DNA of 64,000 nucleotides from an uncultured cyanobacterium (GCA_963793425.1 CAWCAG010000005.1:736001-800000), one strand, 5' to 3'. Positions 46,022 to 57,317 are shown, numbered from the stretch's first letter. Numbers and translations are program-made. The notes: generated by a model not told the origin, from the sequence alone.

Positions 46022-48841
46022 ATGCAAATTTCAACTTCTTGTCTCAAACTACCTGCCCTGGAACAAATTATTAATTCCAATCCTTTAGTTGTACCTCCTA
46101 ATGCCTCAGTTAGAGATGTGATGACTTTTCTGCTCCAGGGGCAAAAAGGTACTCGTGGTGAATTTTGTGCTGTTGTTGAAGAGCAAGGGAAAATCCTAGG
46201 AATATTGGCTCAACAAGATGTTATTAAGTTAGCAACATTGGAAAAACGTTGGGAATTTTTTACTGTTGCAGATGTAGTAGAGAAAAACCATGTTGTTTTA
46301 GCTGAGGCTCAATATAATGATGTTTTTCAAGTTTGTAGTTTGTTGCGCCAATATGAAACTGACTACTTACTAGTTGAGGATCAACAAGGTAGCTTGAAAG
46401 GAGTGATAACCTCTGAGTTAATCCTCAATTCTTTGCAGGGAAGTCATATTTGGCAACAGGGTTTTGTTGGTGAGGTAATGAATACTGATGATTTCAGCGT
46501 TACTCCCCAAACTTCATTGCTTCAAGCTGCTCGATTAATGTCTGAAAACGAGAGAGATTGGGTGATTATTGCTCAAGATGTTCAACCTTTGGGATTGGTG
46601 ACAACTAAAGATATTATCCAGCACCAACTTAATAGCTCTGATTTGGCACAAGTCCAAGCTTTGGCAGTAATGAATACTCTCCCATCAAAAGTTTTAGCAG
46701 AAGATTCTTTGGATTCAGCATGGCAGAAAATACAGCAAAATAGTTGGCAACCATTATTAGTTACAAATAGTCAAGGAGCATTACTAGGAACTTTAACTCA
46801 AGCTAGTTTTTTACGATGCCTTGAACCCAGGGAAATGTATAGTAAACTTGAGTTGTTATACCGAGAAAATCAACAGCTTAGAAGCGAAAAAGCTCAGCTT
46901 TTAAAATCTCAATCTCATGAAACAGAAGCAGAATTAGAAGGAGCAAAAGACCAACTTCAAGCCGTTTTAGATGCTATGCCGGGAACTATTTCTTGGATTG
47001 ACTCTGATTTATGTTATTTAGGAGTTAACAAACAATTAGCTAGTCTTTTTAATAAACCGACAGAAGGTTTTGTTGGTAAAAAAATTGGCTTTTTTAAAGA
47101 AAACGATGAATTTGGTTATCACATGGAACGTTTCTTTGCTAGTTCTCAGCAAGAATCTTCCTTAGAAGTAGAAATGCAAGTTGGTGACTCATTTAATAAT
47201 TATTTAGTTGTTACTCGTAAGTATAATCATAATCGAGCGGCTGTGGCTGTAGGGGTTAACATAACTGACCGCAAAAAGACAGAGATGGCTTTGGTTAAAA
47301 GTGCTGCTACTAATCGCGCTCTAATTAATTCTATTCCTGATTTAATGTTCTGCTTTAATCATGATGGTATATTCCTAGATTATAAAGCAGCAAAAGATTA
47401 TGAAGCAGCAGTTTCTCCAGAAGATTTTTTAGGTAAAAGAGTAAATGAAGTGCTGCCACCACAAATATCTCAGTCAGTTTTGCAATGTATAAAGCGGGCT
47501 TTACAAACCAAAGAAATACAGTCTTTTGAATATCAGTTACCTCGAAGTTATCAGGATAACAAGATCAGAGATTGGGAAGCCCGTCTTTTTGTTAGCAATG
47601 AAAATGAAGTTATGGCTATTATAAGAGATATTACAGAACGCAAACGTTCGGAAACTGAATTACGTCGTCAAAGTCTTAAATCTCGACTATTCGCTGAAAT
47701 TAGCTTGAAAATTCGCCAATCTTTGCAATTAGAAGAAATCTTACAAACCACCGTTACAGAAGTACAGCAGATATTTCAAGTAGACAGAGTTTTAATTTAT
47801 CATTGCTTAGCTTCTGGGCTAGATAAAGTTATTATGGAGGAGGTTTTATTAGGTTGGCCAAAAACTTTAGGGATGTCTTTTCCCCAAGAAGTATCCTTTC
47901 AAAATCACCAAGATAGTTGGAGACAAGGAGAAGTTTTAGCTATTGCTGATTTGGAGAAAGAATATGGGAAAACTTCACCGTCTATAGTCGCTTTCTGGCA
48001 AAATTGGTTTGTTAAAGCGAAGTTGGTTGTACCTATTTTACAACAAGAAAAACTTTGGGGCTTAATCATAGTTCATCAATGTTCTAGTTGCCGACATTGG
48101 AGTAATTTTGAGACAGAACTATTACAGCAGCTAGCTGATCAAGTAGGTATTGCTATTTCTCAAGCCCAACTTTTAAAGGAACAGCAAGAAAGTGAAGCGA
48201 TGATTCGAGCATCTCTACAAGAGAAAGAGGTTTTGTTAAAAGAGATTCACCATCGAGTTAAGAATAATCTCCAGGTCATTTCTAGCCTTTTTTCTTTACA
48301 GTCTTATTATCTTGAAGATTCTAAAGCTTTGCGAGTACTTGAAGATAGTCAAAGTAGAGTCAAAGCCATGGCTTTAATTCATGAAAAAATCTATAACTCT
48401 CAAGATTTGTCTAAGGTCAATTTTGCTAAATATATCCAAGATTTGGCAAACTATTTATTTCATGCTTACGAACCTAACCCCCAAGTAGAGTTAGAAATTG
48501 ATGTCGAGCCTGTCTCCCTAAATTTAGATACGGCTACTCCTTGTGGACTGTTGATCAACGAAGTTATTTCTAATGCTCTTAAATATGCTTTTCCTAATAA
48601 AAAGAAAGGTAGGATCTGGATTAAGCTTTATTATTTAAACCAGGAAAAAATGGTTTTAGAAATAGGAGATAATGGGGTTGGCTTTCCTCCAAACCTTGAT
48701 TTGGAGGAAACGGAATCATTGGGTCTTCAGTTAGTAAAAGATTTAGCTCAGCAGTTAAAAGGTAAACTAGAAATAAATTGTCACCAAGGAACGCGATTGA
48801 AAATCACATTTTCTGAATTACAATACCGGAGACGAATGTAA
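46022..48841 (+). CDS. Cytoplasmic sensor kinase: CBS pairs-PAS-PAS-GAF-HisKA_2-HATPase
   Basis: CBS-like repeats aa 10-270; two PAS; GAF (DRVLIY...LVVPIL..LWGLIIVHQC); EIHHRVKNNLQ; NEVISNALKYAF, DNGVG, SLGL. Confidence 0.92.
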   Translation: MQISTSCLKLPALEQIINSNPLVVPPNASVRDVMTFLLQGQKGTRGEFCAVVEEQGKILGILAQQDVIKLATLEKRWEFFTVADVVEKNHVVLAEAQYNDVFQVCSLLRQYETDYLLVEDQQGSLKGVITSELILNSLQGSHIWQQGFVGEVMNTDDFSVTPQTSLLQAARLMSENERDWVIIAQDVQPLGLVTTKDIIQHQLNSSDLAQVQALAVMNTLPSKVLAEDSLDSAWQKIQQNSWQPLLVTNSQGALLGTLTQASFLRCLEPREMYSKLELLYRENQQLRSEKAQLLKSQSHETEAELEGAKDQLQAVLDAMPGTISWIDSDLCYLGVNKQLASLFNKPTEGFVGKKIGFFKENDEFGYHMERFFASSQQESSLEVEMQVGDSFNNYLVVTRKYNHNRAAVAVGVNITDRKKTEMALVKSAATNRALINSIPDLMFCFNHDGIFLDYKAAKDYEAAVSPEDFLGKRVNEVLPPQISQSVLQCIKRALQTKEIQSFEYQLPRSYQDNKIRDWEARLFVSNENEVMAIIRDITERKRSETELRRQSLKSRLFAEISLKIRQSLQLEEILQTTVTEVQQIFQVDRVLIYHCLASGLDKVIMEEVLLGWPKTLGMSFPQEVSFQNHQDSWRQGEVLAIADLEKEYGKTSPSIVAFWQNWFVKAKLVVPILQQEKLWGLIIVHQCSSCRHWSNFETELLQQLADQVGIAISQAQLLKEQQESEAMIRASLQEKEVLLKEIHHRVKNNLQVISSLFSLQSYYLEDSKALRVLEDSQSRVKAMALIHEKIYNSQDLSKVNFAKYIQDLANYLFHAYEPNPQVELEIDVEPVSLNLDTATPCGLLINEVISNALKYAFPNKKKGRIWIKLYYLNQEKMVLEIGDNGVGFPPNLDLEETESLGLQLVKDLAQQLKGKLEINCHQGTRLKITFSELQYRRRM

Positions 48842-48843
48842 CC

Positions 48844-49938
48844 ATGAAACCAACAAAAATTCTCATTGTTGAAGATGAGATTATCACCGCTAGGGATATA
48901 TCTTTAAAATTGCAAAAGCTTGATTATCAGGTAGTTGGTATTGCTGATTCTGGAAATGTTGCCCTGGAAAAAGTAGCTGAATATGAACCAGATTTAGTGC
49001 TGATGGATATAGTTTTGCAGGGGGATATAGATGGTATAGAAGTGGCTCAACAAGTTCGCCATTCCTTCAATATTCCTGTGATTTATTTGACTGCCTATGT
49101 TGATCAAGAAACTTTACAAAGAGCTAAAATAACTGAACCTTTTGGTTATATTCTCAAACCTTTTAAAGGGCAAGAATTACGTACCCATATCGAAATTGCT
49201 TTGTATAAACATAAGTCAGAAATAGAAATCCGTCGTGCTTTAGCTAAGCAAAAAGAATTAAATGAGCTTAAATCTCGATTTATTACCCTTGCTTCCCATG
49301 AATTTCGTACTCCTTTAACAGCGATTCTCGGCTCTACTGAATTGCTGAGACATTATGGAGAAAGTTTACCACAAAATAAAATAAATCATTATCTTGAAAA
49401 AATCAAAGCTACTATTAAAGGAATGACAAATACTTTAGATAGTATTTTAACTCTTAGTCAAGCAGAAGCGGATAAAATTATTTTTAAACCAGTCCCTTTG
49501 AATTTGGGTGAAGTTTGTCAAGATGTGGTTAGAGAGTTTCAAGGAGATGAGGAGGAAGAGAAAAGGATTGTTTTTATTGATAAATGTCTATTAAATTCTG
49601 TTTTAGCAGATAAGAATTTAATTCGTTATATTATGACTAATTTATTAGTTAATGCGATTAAATATTCTCCTAAAAATAGCAAAATATTGTTTTCTTTAAT
49701 TTGCCAACAGGAAGAAGCTATTTTGACAATTGAAGATAGGGGAATTGGTATCCCATCAGAAGAGTTGGATAAGCTGTTTGATTCTTTTTATCGGGCTAGC
49801 AATGTAGGAGATATTCCAGGAACTGGTTTAGGTTTATCTGTAGTTAAGCAATTAGTTGATTTGCATGGTGGCAATATAAAAGTAGAAAGCGAGTTAGCAA
49901 AAGGAACAACTTTTACAGTTGCTTTACCGTTAGGGTAG
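48844..49938 (+). CDS. Hybrid response regulator/histidine kinase (REC-HisKA-HATPase)
   Basis: ILIVEDE, DLVLMDI, YLTAY, ILKP; ASHEFRTPL; NAIKYS, DRGIG, GTGLGL. Confidence 0.93.
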   Translation: MKPTKILIVEDEIITARDISLKLQKLDYQVVGIADSGNVALEKVAEYEPDLVLMDIVLQGDIDGIEVAQQVRHSFNIPVIYLTAYVDQETLQRAKITEPFGYILKPFKGQELRTHIEIALYKHKSEIEIRRALAKQKELNELKSRFITLASHEFRTPLTAILGSTELLRHYGESLPQNKINHYLEKIKATIKGMTNTLDSILTLSQAEADKIIFKPVPLNLGEVCQDVVREFQGDEEEEKRIVFIDKCLLNSVLADKNLIRYIMTNLLVNAIKYSPKNSKILFSLICQQEEAILTIEDRGIGIPSEELDKLFDSFYRASNVGDIPGTGLGLSVVKQLVDLHGGNIKVESELAKGTTFTVALPLG

Positions 49939-50078
49939 AGAGTGAAAGTATTTCCACTTATAAATAAACTAATAATTTCGAGTATTTACGGCTTACTCAT
50001 GGAACTTTATTTCTGCTATAGTATAATACTAGTTGATTATATGTAAAAAATATGGATACATACTATACAGATTAGATA

Positions 50079-51688
50079 ATGCACAGAATTATTTCTTCCC
50101 ATCTAAAGACCTTCTCTAAAGAGCATGAAATTGAATCCAGTAAAGAAACAGAAAGGTTTGAGCATTTTGTTAATTACTGCATAGCCTCCAAATATTATTC
50201 TGGACGTATAGATACATCTGATATTACTACTGATAATGATGATGCAGGTATAGATGGAATCATTATCATTGCTGACGGAGAGTTAATTACTACAGAGGAA
50301 GAGATTAGTGATATTTTCGAGTCTCATAAAAGGAATATTGAAATAGATTTTATTTTTGTACAAGCTAAGACTTCAGAAAAATTTGAGAAGAGTCAAATTA
50401 CAAACTTTGGTGAAGGAGTATATGACTTTTTAAGTGAAGACCCAGAGTTGCCTCACGGCGATTTACTGTTAGAAGCTCATAAAATATTTAGTAAGATAAT
50501 TGATAATGTTTCTAAAGTGAAAGGTGGAAAACCTAATGCTAAGACTTACTTTGTTACAACTGGCATATGGGACGAGCCTAGAGAGTTATCTGCATCCTTA
50601 AAGACAAATCAAAAAAAAATAGACAGCACGGGGTATTTTGGAAAAGTAGAATGTCTAAAAATAGACAGAGATGAATTAATTAAACTATGGAGCAGTATTC
50701 ATCAACCAGTCGAGGCGACAGTGAGAGTTAAAGGATATGTTCCCTACGAGAATATCAAAGGAGTCGAAGAAGCTTATATCTGTGTTATTCCGGCTAAGAA
50801 TTTCATCAACTCTATCCTAAAAGATGATGAAGAGCATATTAAAAGTGGGATTTTTGATGAGAATGTGAGAGCTTTTTTGGGGGCAGATAATTCTGTAAAC
50901 TCAAACATCAAAGCTACTCTAAATTCAAGCGAAAAAAGAGATCGTTTCGCTATTTTAAACAACGGAATCACCATTGTTTCACCAGATGTGAGAGTCCAGA
51001 GTGATAGCATCAGCATATTTAATTATCAAATTGTTAATGGTTGCCAGACAAGCCATGTGTAGCAGATGAAAAATTCTTGTCCCTTAAGTCAAAAGCAAAA
51101 AATGTAGAAGTTTATTTTAACAGTTGTAATGATGATGTAAATGAGGATTCAAAAATCTATTTTGAAAGGAGAGAAAAGCAGTATGCTGGTATGGGAATAT
51201 CAGACTCAAAGATTTTTGATATAAGAACTGTAGCCCGTGCTTTTTCTGCAATGTTCCTAGAAATTCCTCATACAGCAGCAAACTATCCAACACAGATTTT
51301 TCAGCAGTCAGGAAATAAATTGTTTCAAGATGAACATAATGAAATTGCTTATTATTGTTCAACCCTTGCTTTCTATAAGTTTAAGAAGCTTTTCAATAGC
51401 AAAAAACTTCCTAAAAACTCTATAAAATACAAATGGCACACACTAATGCTATTAAAGTATGTGATAAAGGATAAAGAAGACACCCCAAAGTTAGAGTCAA
51501 AAAAAATAACAAAGTACTGTCAAGATATTATTAAAGTTTTAAGTAGTCCTCGCGAGGAGTTTATAGACAAATACGAAAGGTGCATGGAAATAATAGAAGC
51601 AGGTGGCTGGGTGAGTAAAGATAGGCTAAAGACTTCTAAGCATACTGAAGAGTTAAAGCAAATCTTAGCTGGTAAAAAAGTTAAATAG
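50079..51688 (+). pseudogene. AIPR (abortive-infection phage resistance) family gene split by an internal deletion
   Basis: GIDG, QAK, FDENVRAFLG, FAILNNGITIV, QIVNGCQTS then stop; the C-terminal part (FLSL...YFERR) continues in another frame; the expected xATNSQ segment is missing. Confidence 0.78.
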
Positions 51689-51798
51689 TGAGTTGTTTGC
51701 AGAACAATTTCTTGAATACGTAATCTTCGCCGTAATTTGGAAGGTGCAAACTCCGTCATTTAAAATCTAGCTACATAGCACAATACTCCTTTTAGATT

Positions 51799-52425
51799 AT
51801 GAGCATCCTTTCCCCAACGGCACAACCCGAATCCCAAACCCCAAACTCCCCGGAAACACGATACTATTCTCCAGAGGAATATCTCGCTTTAGAAGAAGCG
51901 GCAGATTATCGAAGCGAATACATTAACGGGGAAATTTTAACTATGGCAGGAGGCTCTACTAATCATAATCAAGTTGCTGGCAACTTATACATTGAACTCG
52001 GCTTTGCTTTCAAAAAGCTAGATTACCGAGTATTTATAGCCGATGTACGTTTGTGGATTCCCGCTAAAAATACTTATACTTATCCTGATGTAATGGTAGT
52101 CAAAGGAGAACCAGAGTATCATAATAATCGCACTGATACCATTACCAATCCTTCACTAATTATCGAAGTACTCTCAAAATCAACTCAAAGTTACGACCGC
52201 GATCTTAAATTTCGCAGCTATCGTAGCATACCAACATTCCAGGAATATTTACTCTTTGAGCAAGATGAAATTTATGTAGAACAATATGTTAAAACAGATA
52301 CTAAGCGCTGGTCATTGCAGGAATATGATGAAACAGATGAAGCAATATCCTTTGCTGCTTTAGAAGGCAAAATTGCCCTCACTGATGCTTATAACAAAGT
52401 GAAATTTGCCCAAGAAGTACTTTAA
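51799..52425 (+). CDS. Uma2 family (PD-(D/E)XK) endonuclease
   Basis: RSEYINGEI..MAGG...H, YPDVMV, IIEVLSKST..YDR..K. Confidence 0.92.
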   Translation: MSILSPTAQPESQTPNSPETRYYSPEEYLALEEAADYRSEYINGEILTMAGGSTNHNQVAGNLYIELGFAFKKLDYRVFIADVRLWIPAKNTYTYPDVMVVKGEPEYHNNRTDTITNPSLIIEVLSKSTQSYDRDLKFRSYRSIPTFQEYLLFEQDEIYVEQYVKTDTKRWSLQEYDETDEAISFAALEGKIALTDAYNKVKFAQEVL

Positions 52426-52507
52426 CTTTTGAATCACTGACTTAACGTTGTTCCTTGCTCTCAACAAATAGGCTACATTGAGGAAGTGTGCTTTTCAACA
52501 AGATTAA

Positions 52508-54331
52508 ATGACCATCCCTGCAAATTCACCCAGGAAAAGAAACCGCGAGAATGATTGGCGGTTGTTTCTAAAACTTCTTCCCTACGCCCGTCGCAATCAA
52601 ACAATCTTCTTTGTTTCCCTCGCTTTATTAATTCCCCTTTCTTTAGCTGGGGCAATCCAACCTCTGATTATTGGACAATCTATATCGCTATTGCGAGATG
52701 AACCTAGTTGGGGTTTTCTACAAGATTTGAGTTTAGCAGAAGGATTAAATACCCTTGTGGGCTTACTTTTGCTAACTATAATTTTACGGTTATTATTTAG
52801 TTCCCTCCAAGGCTATTTAGTACAGAAAGTAGGACAAGAAATCACCGCAGGAATTCGTGAGGACTTATTTGCCCACGTTACTTCCTTAGCAATGCGTTTC
52901 TTTGATAAAACCCCTGTAGGGAGGCTGGTAACACGCTTAACTAGTGACGTGGAAGCTTTGGGAGATGTTTTTGCTACTGGGGCAATTGGCATTGTTAGCG
53001 ACATCGTTAATATTTTAATTATTATTGTCACCATCTTTTTATTGCAATGGAAATTAGCTTCCTTGCTTATTTTGATGTTGTTACCCATGACGGCTTTAAT
53101 TATTTACTTTCAACATCAATATCGCCAAGCTAATTATAAAGTAAGAGAAGAACTTTCTACCCTTAATTCCATGTTGCAAGAAAATGTAGCTGGTATTAAT
53201 ATTGTGCAGTTATTTCGCCGGGAAAGCTTCAACGCGAAGATGTTTCGCCGGGTTAACCTCAGTTATCTCAAAGAAGTAGATAAAACTATCTTCCACGACT
53301 CAGCTATATCTGCTTCTTTAGAATGGATTTCTTTAGTAGCGATCGCAGGAGTATTATTATTAGGAGGTCGGGCTGTTTTAGGAGAAACTCTTACCTTCGG
53401 AGTCTTATCAGCTTTTATTCTTTATGCCCAGCGTTTCTTCGATCCTTTAAGGCGATTTGCTGAGAAGTTTACCATGTTGCAAGCTGGTTTCACTGCTATT
53501 GAACGCATCAGCGAATTAATGAGTGAACCTGTAGAGATTAAAGATGCTGAAGGGTTACAGCTTAAAAATTTGCAAGTTAATAATTCCCTCAGTTCTAGCA
53601 AAAGTGGTGAGATTAAATTTGAGAATGTTTCCTTTGCTTACAAAGACGATGATTATGTCATCAAGAACTTAGATTTTACCATCCATCCAGGAGAAAAAAT
53701 TGCTTTAGTTGGGCCAACCGGGGCTGGGAAAAGTTCAATTATTCGCCTTCTCTGTCGCCTTTACGAACCTACTAAAGGGCGTATTATTATTGATGGCATT
53801 GATATCCGCGACTTAACCCAAGAAGAATTACGTCGTCATGTTGGTGTCATACTTCAAGAAAGTTTTCTTTTTGCCGGAGATGTGAAGCGTAATATTACCT
53901 TGGGAGAATCCTATAACTTAGAAGAAGTTAAGCAAGCTGCGATCGCCACGAATATTGATAACTTTATCCAACAACTACCCCAAGGTTACGCGACTCAATT
54001 AAGAGAAAGGGGTACTAACTTATCTGGAGGACAAAAACAACTCCTCGCTTTTGCCCGTGTTGCCATTCGTGATCCTCATATTTTAGTTTTAGATGAAGCC
54101 ACAGCAAGTTTGGATGTGGGGACAGAAGCCTTAATTCAAGAAGCTTTAGAGAGCATTTTAGCAGAAAGAACCGCTATTATTATCGCTCACCGCCTTTCTA
54201 CCATTCGCGATGTAGATCGGATTTTTGTACTTAAACGAGGCGAGTTAATCGAGTCAGGAAGTCATGAAGAGTTATTGAATCAAGGGGGTATGTATGCAAG
54301 TTTGTATCGTTTGCAAATGCTTGAAGATTAG
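52508..54331 (+). CDS. ABC exporter, fused permease/ATP-binding (MsbA/Sav1866-like)
   Basis: TM domain; GPTGAGKS, LSGGQKQ, ILVLDEAT, IAHRLST. Confidence 0.95.
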   Translation: MTIPANSPRKRNRENDWRLFLKLLPYARRNQTIFFVSLALLIPLSLAGAIQPLIIGQSISLLRDEPSWGFLQDLSLAEGLNTLVGLLLLTIILRLLFSSLQGYLVQKVGQEITAGIREDLFAHVTSLAMRFFDKTPVGRLVTRLTSDVEALGDVFATGAIGIVSDIVNILIIIVTIFLLQWKLASLLILMLLPMTALIIYFQHQYRQANYKVREELSTLNSMLQENVAGINIVQLFRRESFNAKMFRRVNLSYLKEVDKTIFHDSAISASLEWISLVAIAGVLLLGGRAVLGETLTFGVLSAFILYAQRFFDPLRRFAEKFTMLQAGFTAIERISELMSEPVEIKDAEGLQLKNLQVNNSLSSSKSGEIKFENVSFAYKDDDYVIKNLDFTIHPGEKIALVGPTGAGKSSIIRLLCRLYEPTKGRIIIDGIDIRDLTQEELRRHVGVILQESFLFAGDVKRNITLGESYNLEEVKQAAIATNIDNFIQQLPQGYATQLRERGTNLSGGQKQLLAFARVAIRDPHILVLDEATASLDVGTEALIQEALESILAERTAIIIAHRLSTIRDVDRIFVLKRGELIESGSHEELLNQGGMYASLYRLQMLED

Positions 54332-54470
54332 AGTTAGCTAATAAATCCTGCATCCTGAAAGTGATTAAACCTGGTGAAAGTTAGTTAGAAAGTAGCTTAT
54401 TGCTTAACTACGCTCAATGTGAGCCAGCTTTAGGCTACAATTAAAGGCTGTGATTATTTTTCTTAAGACA

Positions 54471-54833
54471 ATGAAAACTGAAGAAATCATCCGCTCTATA
54501 GAAGCAGAACATATTAAAAAGGATCTGCCTACTATCCATATTGGCGATACCGTCCGGGTTGGGGTACGGATTCGCGAAGGCAACAAAGAAAGGGTACAGC
54601 CTTACGAAGGTACAGTCATTGCCCAACGTAACGGCGGTATAAGTGAAACCATCACTGTCCGCAAAGTCTTCCAAGGAGTAGGAGTAGAAAGGGTCTTTTT
54701 GCTTCATTCTCCTCGTATCGACAAAATTAAAATTATCCGCCGTGGTAAAGTTCGTCGAGCTAAATTGTATTATTTGCGCGATCGCGTTGGTAAAGCAACT
54801 CGTATTAAACAGCGTTTCGACCGCTCTATTTAA
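54471..54833 (+). CDS. rplS: 50S ribosomal protein L19
   Basis: [36 protein letters not shown]. Confidence 0.98.
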   Translation: MKTEEIIRSIEAEHIKKDLPTIHIGDTVRVGVRIREGNKERVQPYEGTVIAQRNGGISETITVRKVFQGVGVERVFLLHSPRIDKIKIIRRGKVRRAKLYYLRDRVGKATRIKQRFDRSI

Positions 54834-54903
54834 ACAACTTGTGCCGCATTGAGTTACAATAAACGAGAGACAGGCTTAACTTTGGAGTAAAATCCGAAGC
54901 TCT

Positions 54904-54976
54904 GCGCTCTTAGTTCAGTTGGTAGAACGCGGGTCTCCAAAACCCGATGTCGGGGGTTCAAGTCCTCCAGGGCGCG
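54904..54976 (+). tRNA. trnW: tRNA-Trp (CCA)
   Basis: Acceptor GCGCTCT/AGGGCGC, D-arm GTTCAGTTGGTAGAAC, anticodon arm CGGGT-CTCCAAA-ACCCG, T-arm GGGGG-TTCAAGT-CCTCC; no encoded CCA end. Confidence 0.97.
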
Positions 54977-55193
54977 CTCTCAAAAAGCAATAAAACAAGT
55001 GCTTTTATCTTGGCTAGTCCTAGTAAAAGCATCCCCTGACCTGTGTTAGACTTCAATGTAAGAGATAACGCAATTTCTGGGAATGTAATTAAAAGTGAGT
55101 GCAGAACTTTAAAACCTTAGAGTTCTTAGATTTTGTACTTTATAAATTCCCACATCATAAGCTATTCGGAATTAACGGGGGAGGGAATGGATA

Positions 55194-55433
55194 GTGGCAA
55201 AAAAAGACGTAGCACCAAAAGAAATAGCAACGGCTCAAGAAAGCAAAAGTTCTTCTGGGTTAGGTAAATTTTTCCAAGAAACTCAAGAGGAACTAAAAAA
55301 AATAGTTTGGCCATCTAGACAGCAGTTGATCAGCGAATCAGCCGCTGTAATATCAATGGTGATCTTGGTTGCTACACTTATTTATTTTATCGACAAACTC
55401 TTCGCATGGGGAGCAGAGAAGGTATTCGGATGA
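55194..55433 (+). CDS. secE: Preprotein translocase subunit SecE
   Basis: ELKKIVWPSRQQL plus single TM; between trnW and nusG. Confidence 0.95.
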   Translation: MAKKDVAPKEIATAQESKSSSGLGKFFQETQEELKKIVWPSRQQLISESAAVISMVILVATLIYFIDKLFAWGAEKVFG

Positions 55434-56053
55434 GTTTTGCAGAAGATGAGTCACCAGAAATACCAGAACAAGAGGCTCAAAGAAAACCAAAAAGCGGTCG
55501 CTGGTATGCCGTACAAGTCGCTTCTGGTTGTGAGAAGCGGGTAAAAGCCAACTTAGAGCAGCGCATCCATACCCTAGATGTGGCTGACAAAGTTTTTCAG
55601 GTACAAATCCCCCATACACCAACGGTAAAAATCCGTAAAGATGGTTCTCGCCAACATAGTGAGGAGAAAGTTTTTCCTGGCTACGTTTTAGTTAAAATGA
55701 CCATGGACGATGACGCTTGGCAAGCGGTGAAAAACACCCCTAATGTCATCAACTTCGTCGGTGCAGAACAAAAGCGCCGTTATGGTAGGGGGAGAGGCCA
55801 TGTTAAACCAATGCCTCTAAGTCCAGGGGAAGTAGAACGTATCTTCAAACAAACCCAAGAACAAGAACCAGTAGTCAAAATCGACATGGCTGTGGGAGAC
55901 AAAATTGCTGTTCTCTCTGGGCCATTTAAAGAATTTGAAGGAGAAGTAATTGAAGTTAGCCCAGAAAGGAGCAAATTAAAAGCACTTCTCTCTATCTTTG
56001 GGCGAGATACACCAGTAGAATTGGAATTTAATCAGGTTGAGAAACAAAATTAA
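55430..56053 (+). CDS. nusG: Transcription termination/antitermination factor NusG
   Basis: [38 protein letters not shown] overlap with secE stop. Confidence 0.97.
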   Translation: MSFAEDESPEIPEQEAQRKPKSGRWYAVQVASGCEKRVKANLEQRIHTLDVADKVFQVQIPHTPTVKIRKDGSRQHSEEKVFPGYVLVKMTMDDDAWQAVKNTPNVINFVGAEQKRRYGRGRGHVKPMPLSPGEVERIFKQTQEQEPVVKIDMAVGDKIAVLSGPFKEFEGEVIEVSPERSKLKALLSIFGRDTPVELEFNQVEKQN

Positions 56054-56055
56054 AG

Positions 56056-56481
56056 ATGGCAAAAAAAGTTGTTGCGCTGATTAAGCTAGCCTTACCAGCA
56101 GGGAAAGCTAACCCAGCTCCTCCCGTAGGCCCTGCATTAGGTCAACATGGTGTCAACATCATGGCATTCTGTAAAGAATACAACGCCCGTACTGCTGACC
56201 AAGTAGGAACGGTGATCCCCGTAGAAATTTCGGTTTATGAAGACCGGAGTTTTACCTTCGCCCTAAAAACTCCACCAGCCTCAGTTTTGATTCGTAAAGC
56301 TGCGGGGGTGGAAAAAGGAGCGAGTGAACCAAACAAACAAAAGGTTGGTACAATTACCCGCGCCCAACTCCAAGAGATAGCCCAAACAAAAATGCCTGAC
56401 CTTAATGCTAATGATATTGAGGCAGCGATGAAAATTGTCGAAGGCACTGCTCGTAACATGGGCGTTGGCGTTGAGGGTTAA
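56056..56481 (+). CDS. rplK: 50S ribosomal protein L11
   Basis: [22 protein letters not shown]. Confidence 0.99.
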   Translation: MAKKVVALIKLALPAGKANPAPPVGPALGQHGVNIMAFCKEYNARTADQVGTVIPVEISVYEDRSFTFALKTPPASVLIRKAAGVEKGASEPNKQKVGTITRAQLQEIAQTKMPDLNANDIEAAMKIVEGTARNMGVGVEG

Positions 56482-56506
56482 AGTAAAATTAAGCATAAAA
56501 GCAAAC

Positions 56507-56545
56507 TAGGGGAGAAGCCAAAGCTTCGTTAAGACCCAAGGAGAA
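56507..56545 (+). promoter_or_regulatory. L1-binding autoregulatory RNA element before rplA
   Basis: GGGGA-GAAGC-CAAA-GCTTC-GTTAAGACCC next to the RBS resembles the L1 operator; this position before rplA is known in cyanobacteria. Confidence 0.65.
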
Positions 56546-56549
56546 ATAA

Positions 56550-57266
56550 ATGGCCAAAAAACTATCCCGTCGCATCAAAGCGGCTTTAGCAAAAATTGAA
56601 GACCGGGCTTACGAACCCTTAGAAGCTATCAACCTCATGAAGGAAACAGCCACAGCCAAGTTTGAGGAAACGGCTGAGGTGCATATCCGCTTAGGAATTG
56701 ATCCTAAATATACAGACCAACAGCTACGAACTACTGTTAGCTTACCCAAAGGTACAGGACAAGAAGTACGGGTAGCAGTAATTGCTAGGGGTGAAAAAGT
56801 CACCGAAGCCCAAGAAGCTGGCGCTGATGTGGCGGGTTCAGAAGAATTGATTGAAGAAATCCAAAAAGGTATGATGGATTTCGATATCTTAATTGCTACC
56901 CCAGATATGATGCCAAAAGTAGCCAGGTTAGGCCGCTTACTGGGTCCTCGTGGCTTAATGCCCTCCCCAAAAGGAGGAACTGTCACAGCAGATTTACAAA
57001 GTGCGATCGCCGCATTTAAAGCTGGTAAATTAGAATTTCGCGCTGACAGAACAGGCATTGTTCATGTTATGTTTGGTAAGGTATCTTTCCCCAGTGAAGA
57101 CCTTTTGGTCAACCTCAAAGCCTTACAGGAAACTGTAGAACGCAACCGTCCACCGGGAGCGAAAGGCCGTTACTGGCGGAGTATGTATGTTTCTTCCACT
57201 ATGGGACCATCTGTAGAGGTAGATATCACTGCTCTTCGAGACATAAAAACCCTTGAAGCTGCTTAA
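56550..57266 (+). CDS. rplA: 50S ribosomal protein L1
   Basis: [33 protein letters not shown]. Confidence 0.99.
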   Translation: MAKKLSRRIKAALAKIEDRAYEPLEAINLMKETATAKFEETAEVHIRLGIDPKYTDQQLRTTVSLPKGTGQEVRVAVIARGEKVTEAQEAGADVAGSEELIEEIQKGMMDFDILIATPDMMPKVARLGRLLGPRGLMPSPKGGTVTADLQSAIAAFKAGKLEFRADRTGIVHVMFGKVSFPSEDLLVNLKALQETVERNRPPGAKGRYWRSMYVSSTMGPSVEVDITALRDIKTLEAA

Positions 57267-57317
57267 AAATAAGGAGAATTTGCTCAATAGCATTAACTAA
57301 ACAATTAAATCGGCTTA

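Noticed and set aside
50079..51688. Absence of HIP1 as proof of foreign origin of AIPR
   Set aside because: HIP1 gaps of this length also occur in native genes here, so it is not significant alone
54904..54976. tRNA-Trp as an integration site for an island
   Set aside because: Normal rplS-trnW-secE order; no integrase or duplicated tRNA 3' end seen
56609..57058. Long antisense ORFs (also 29024-29446, 34565-34978, 58153-58488, 60220-60657)
   Set aside because: Shadow frames opposite well-supported genes
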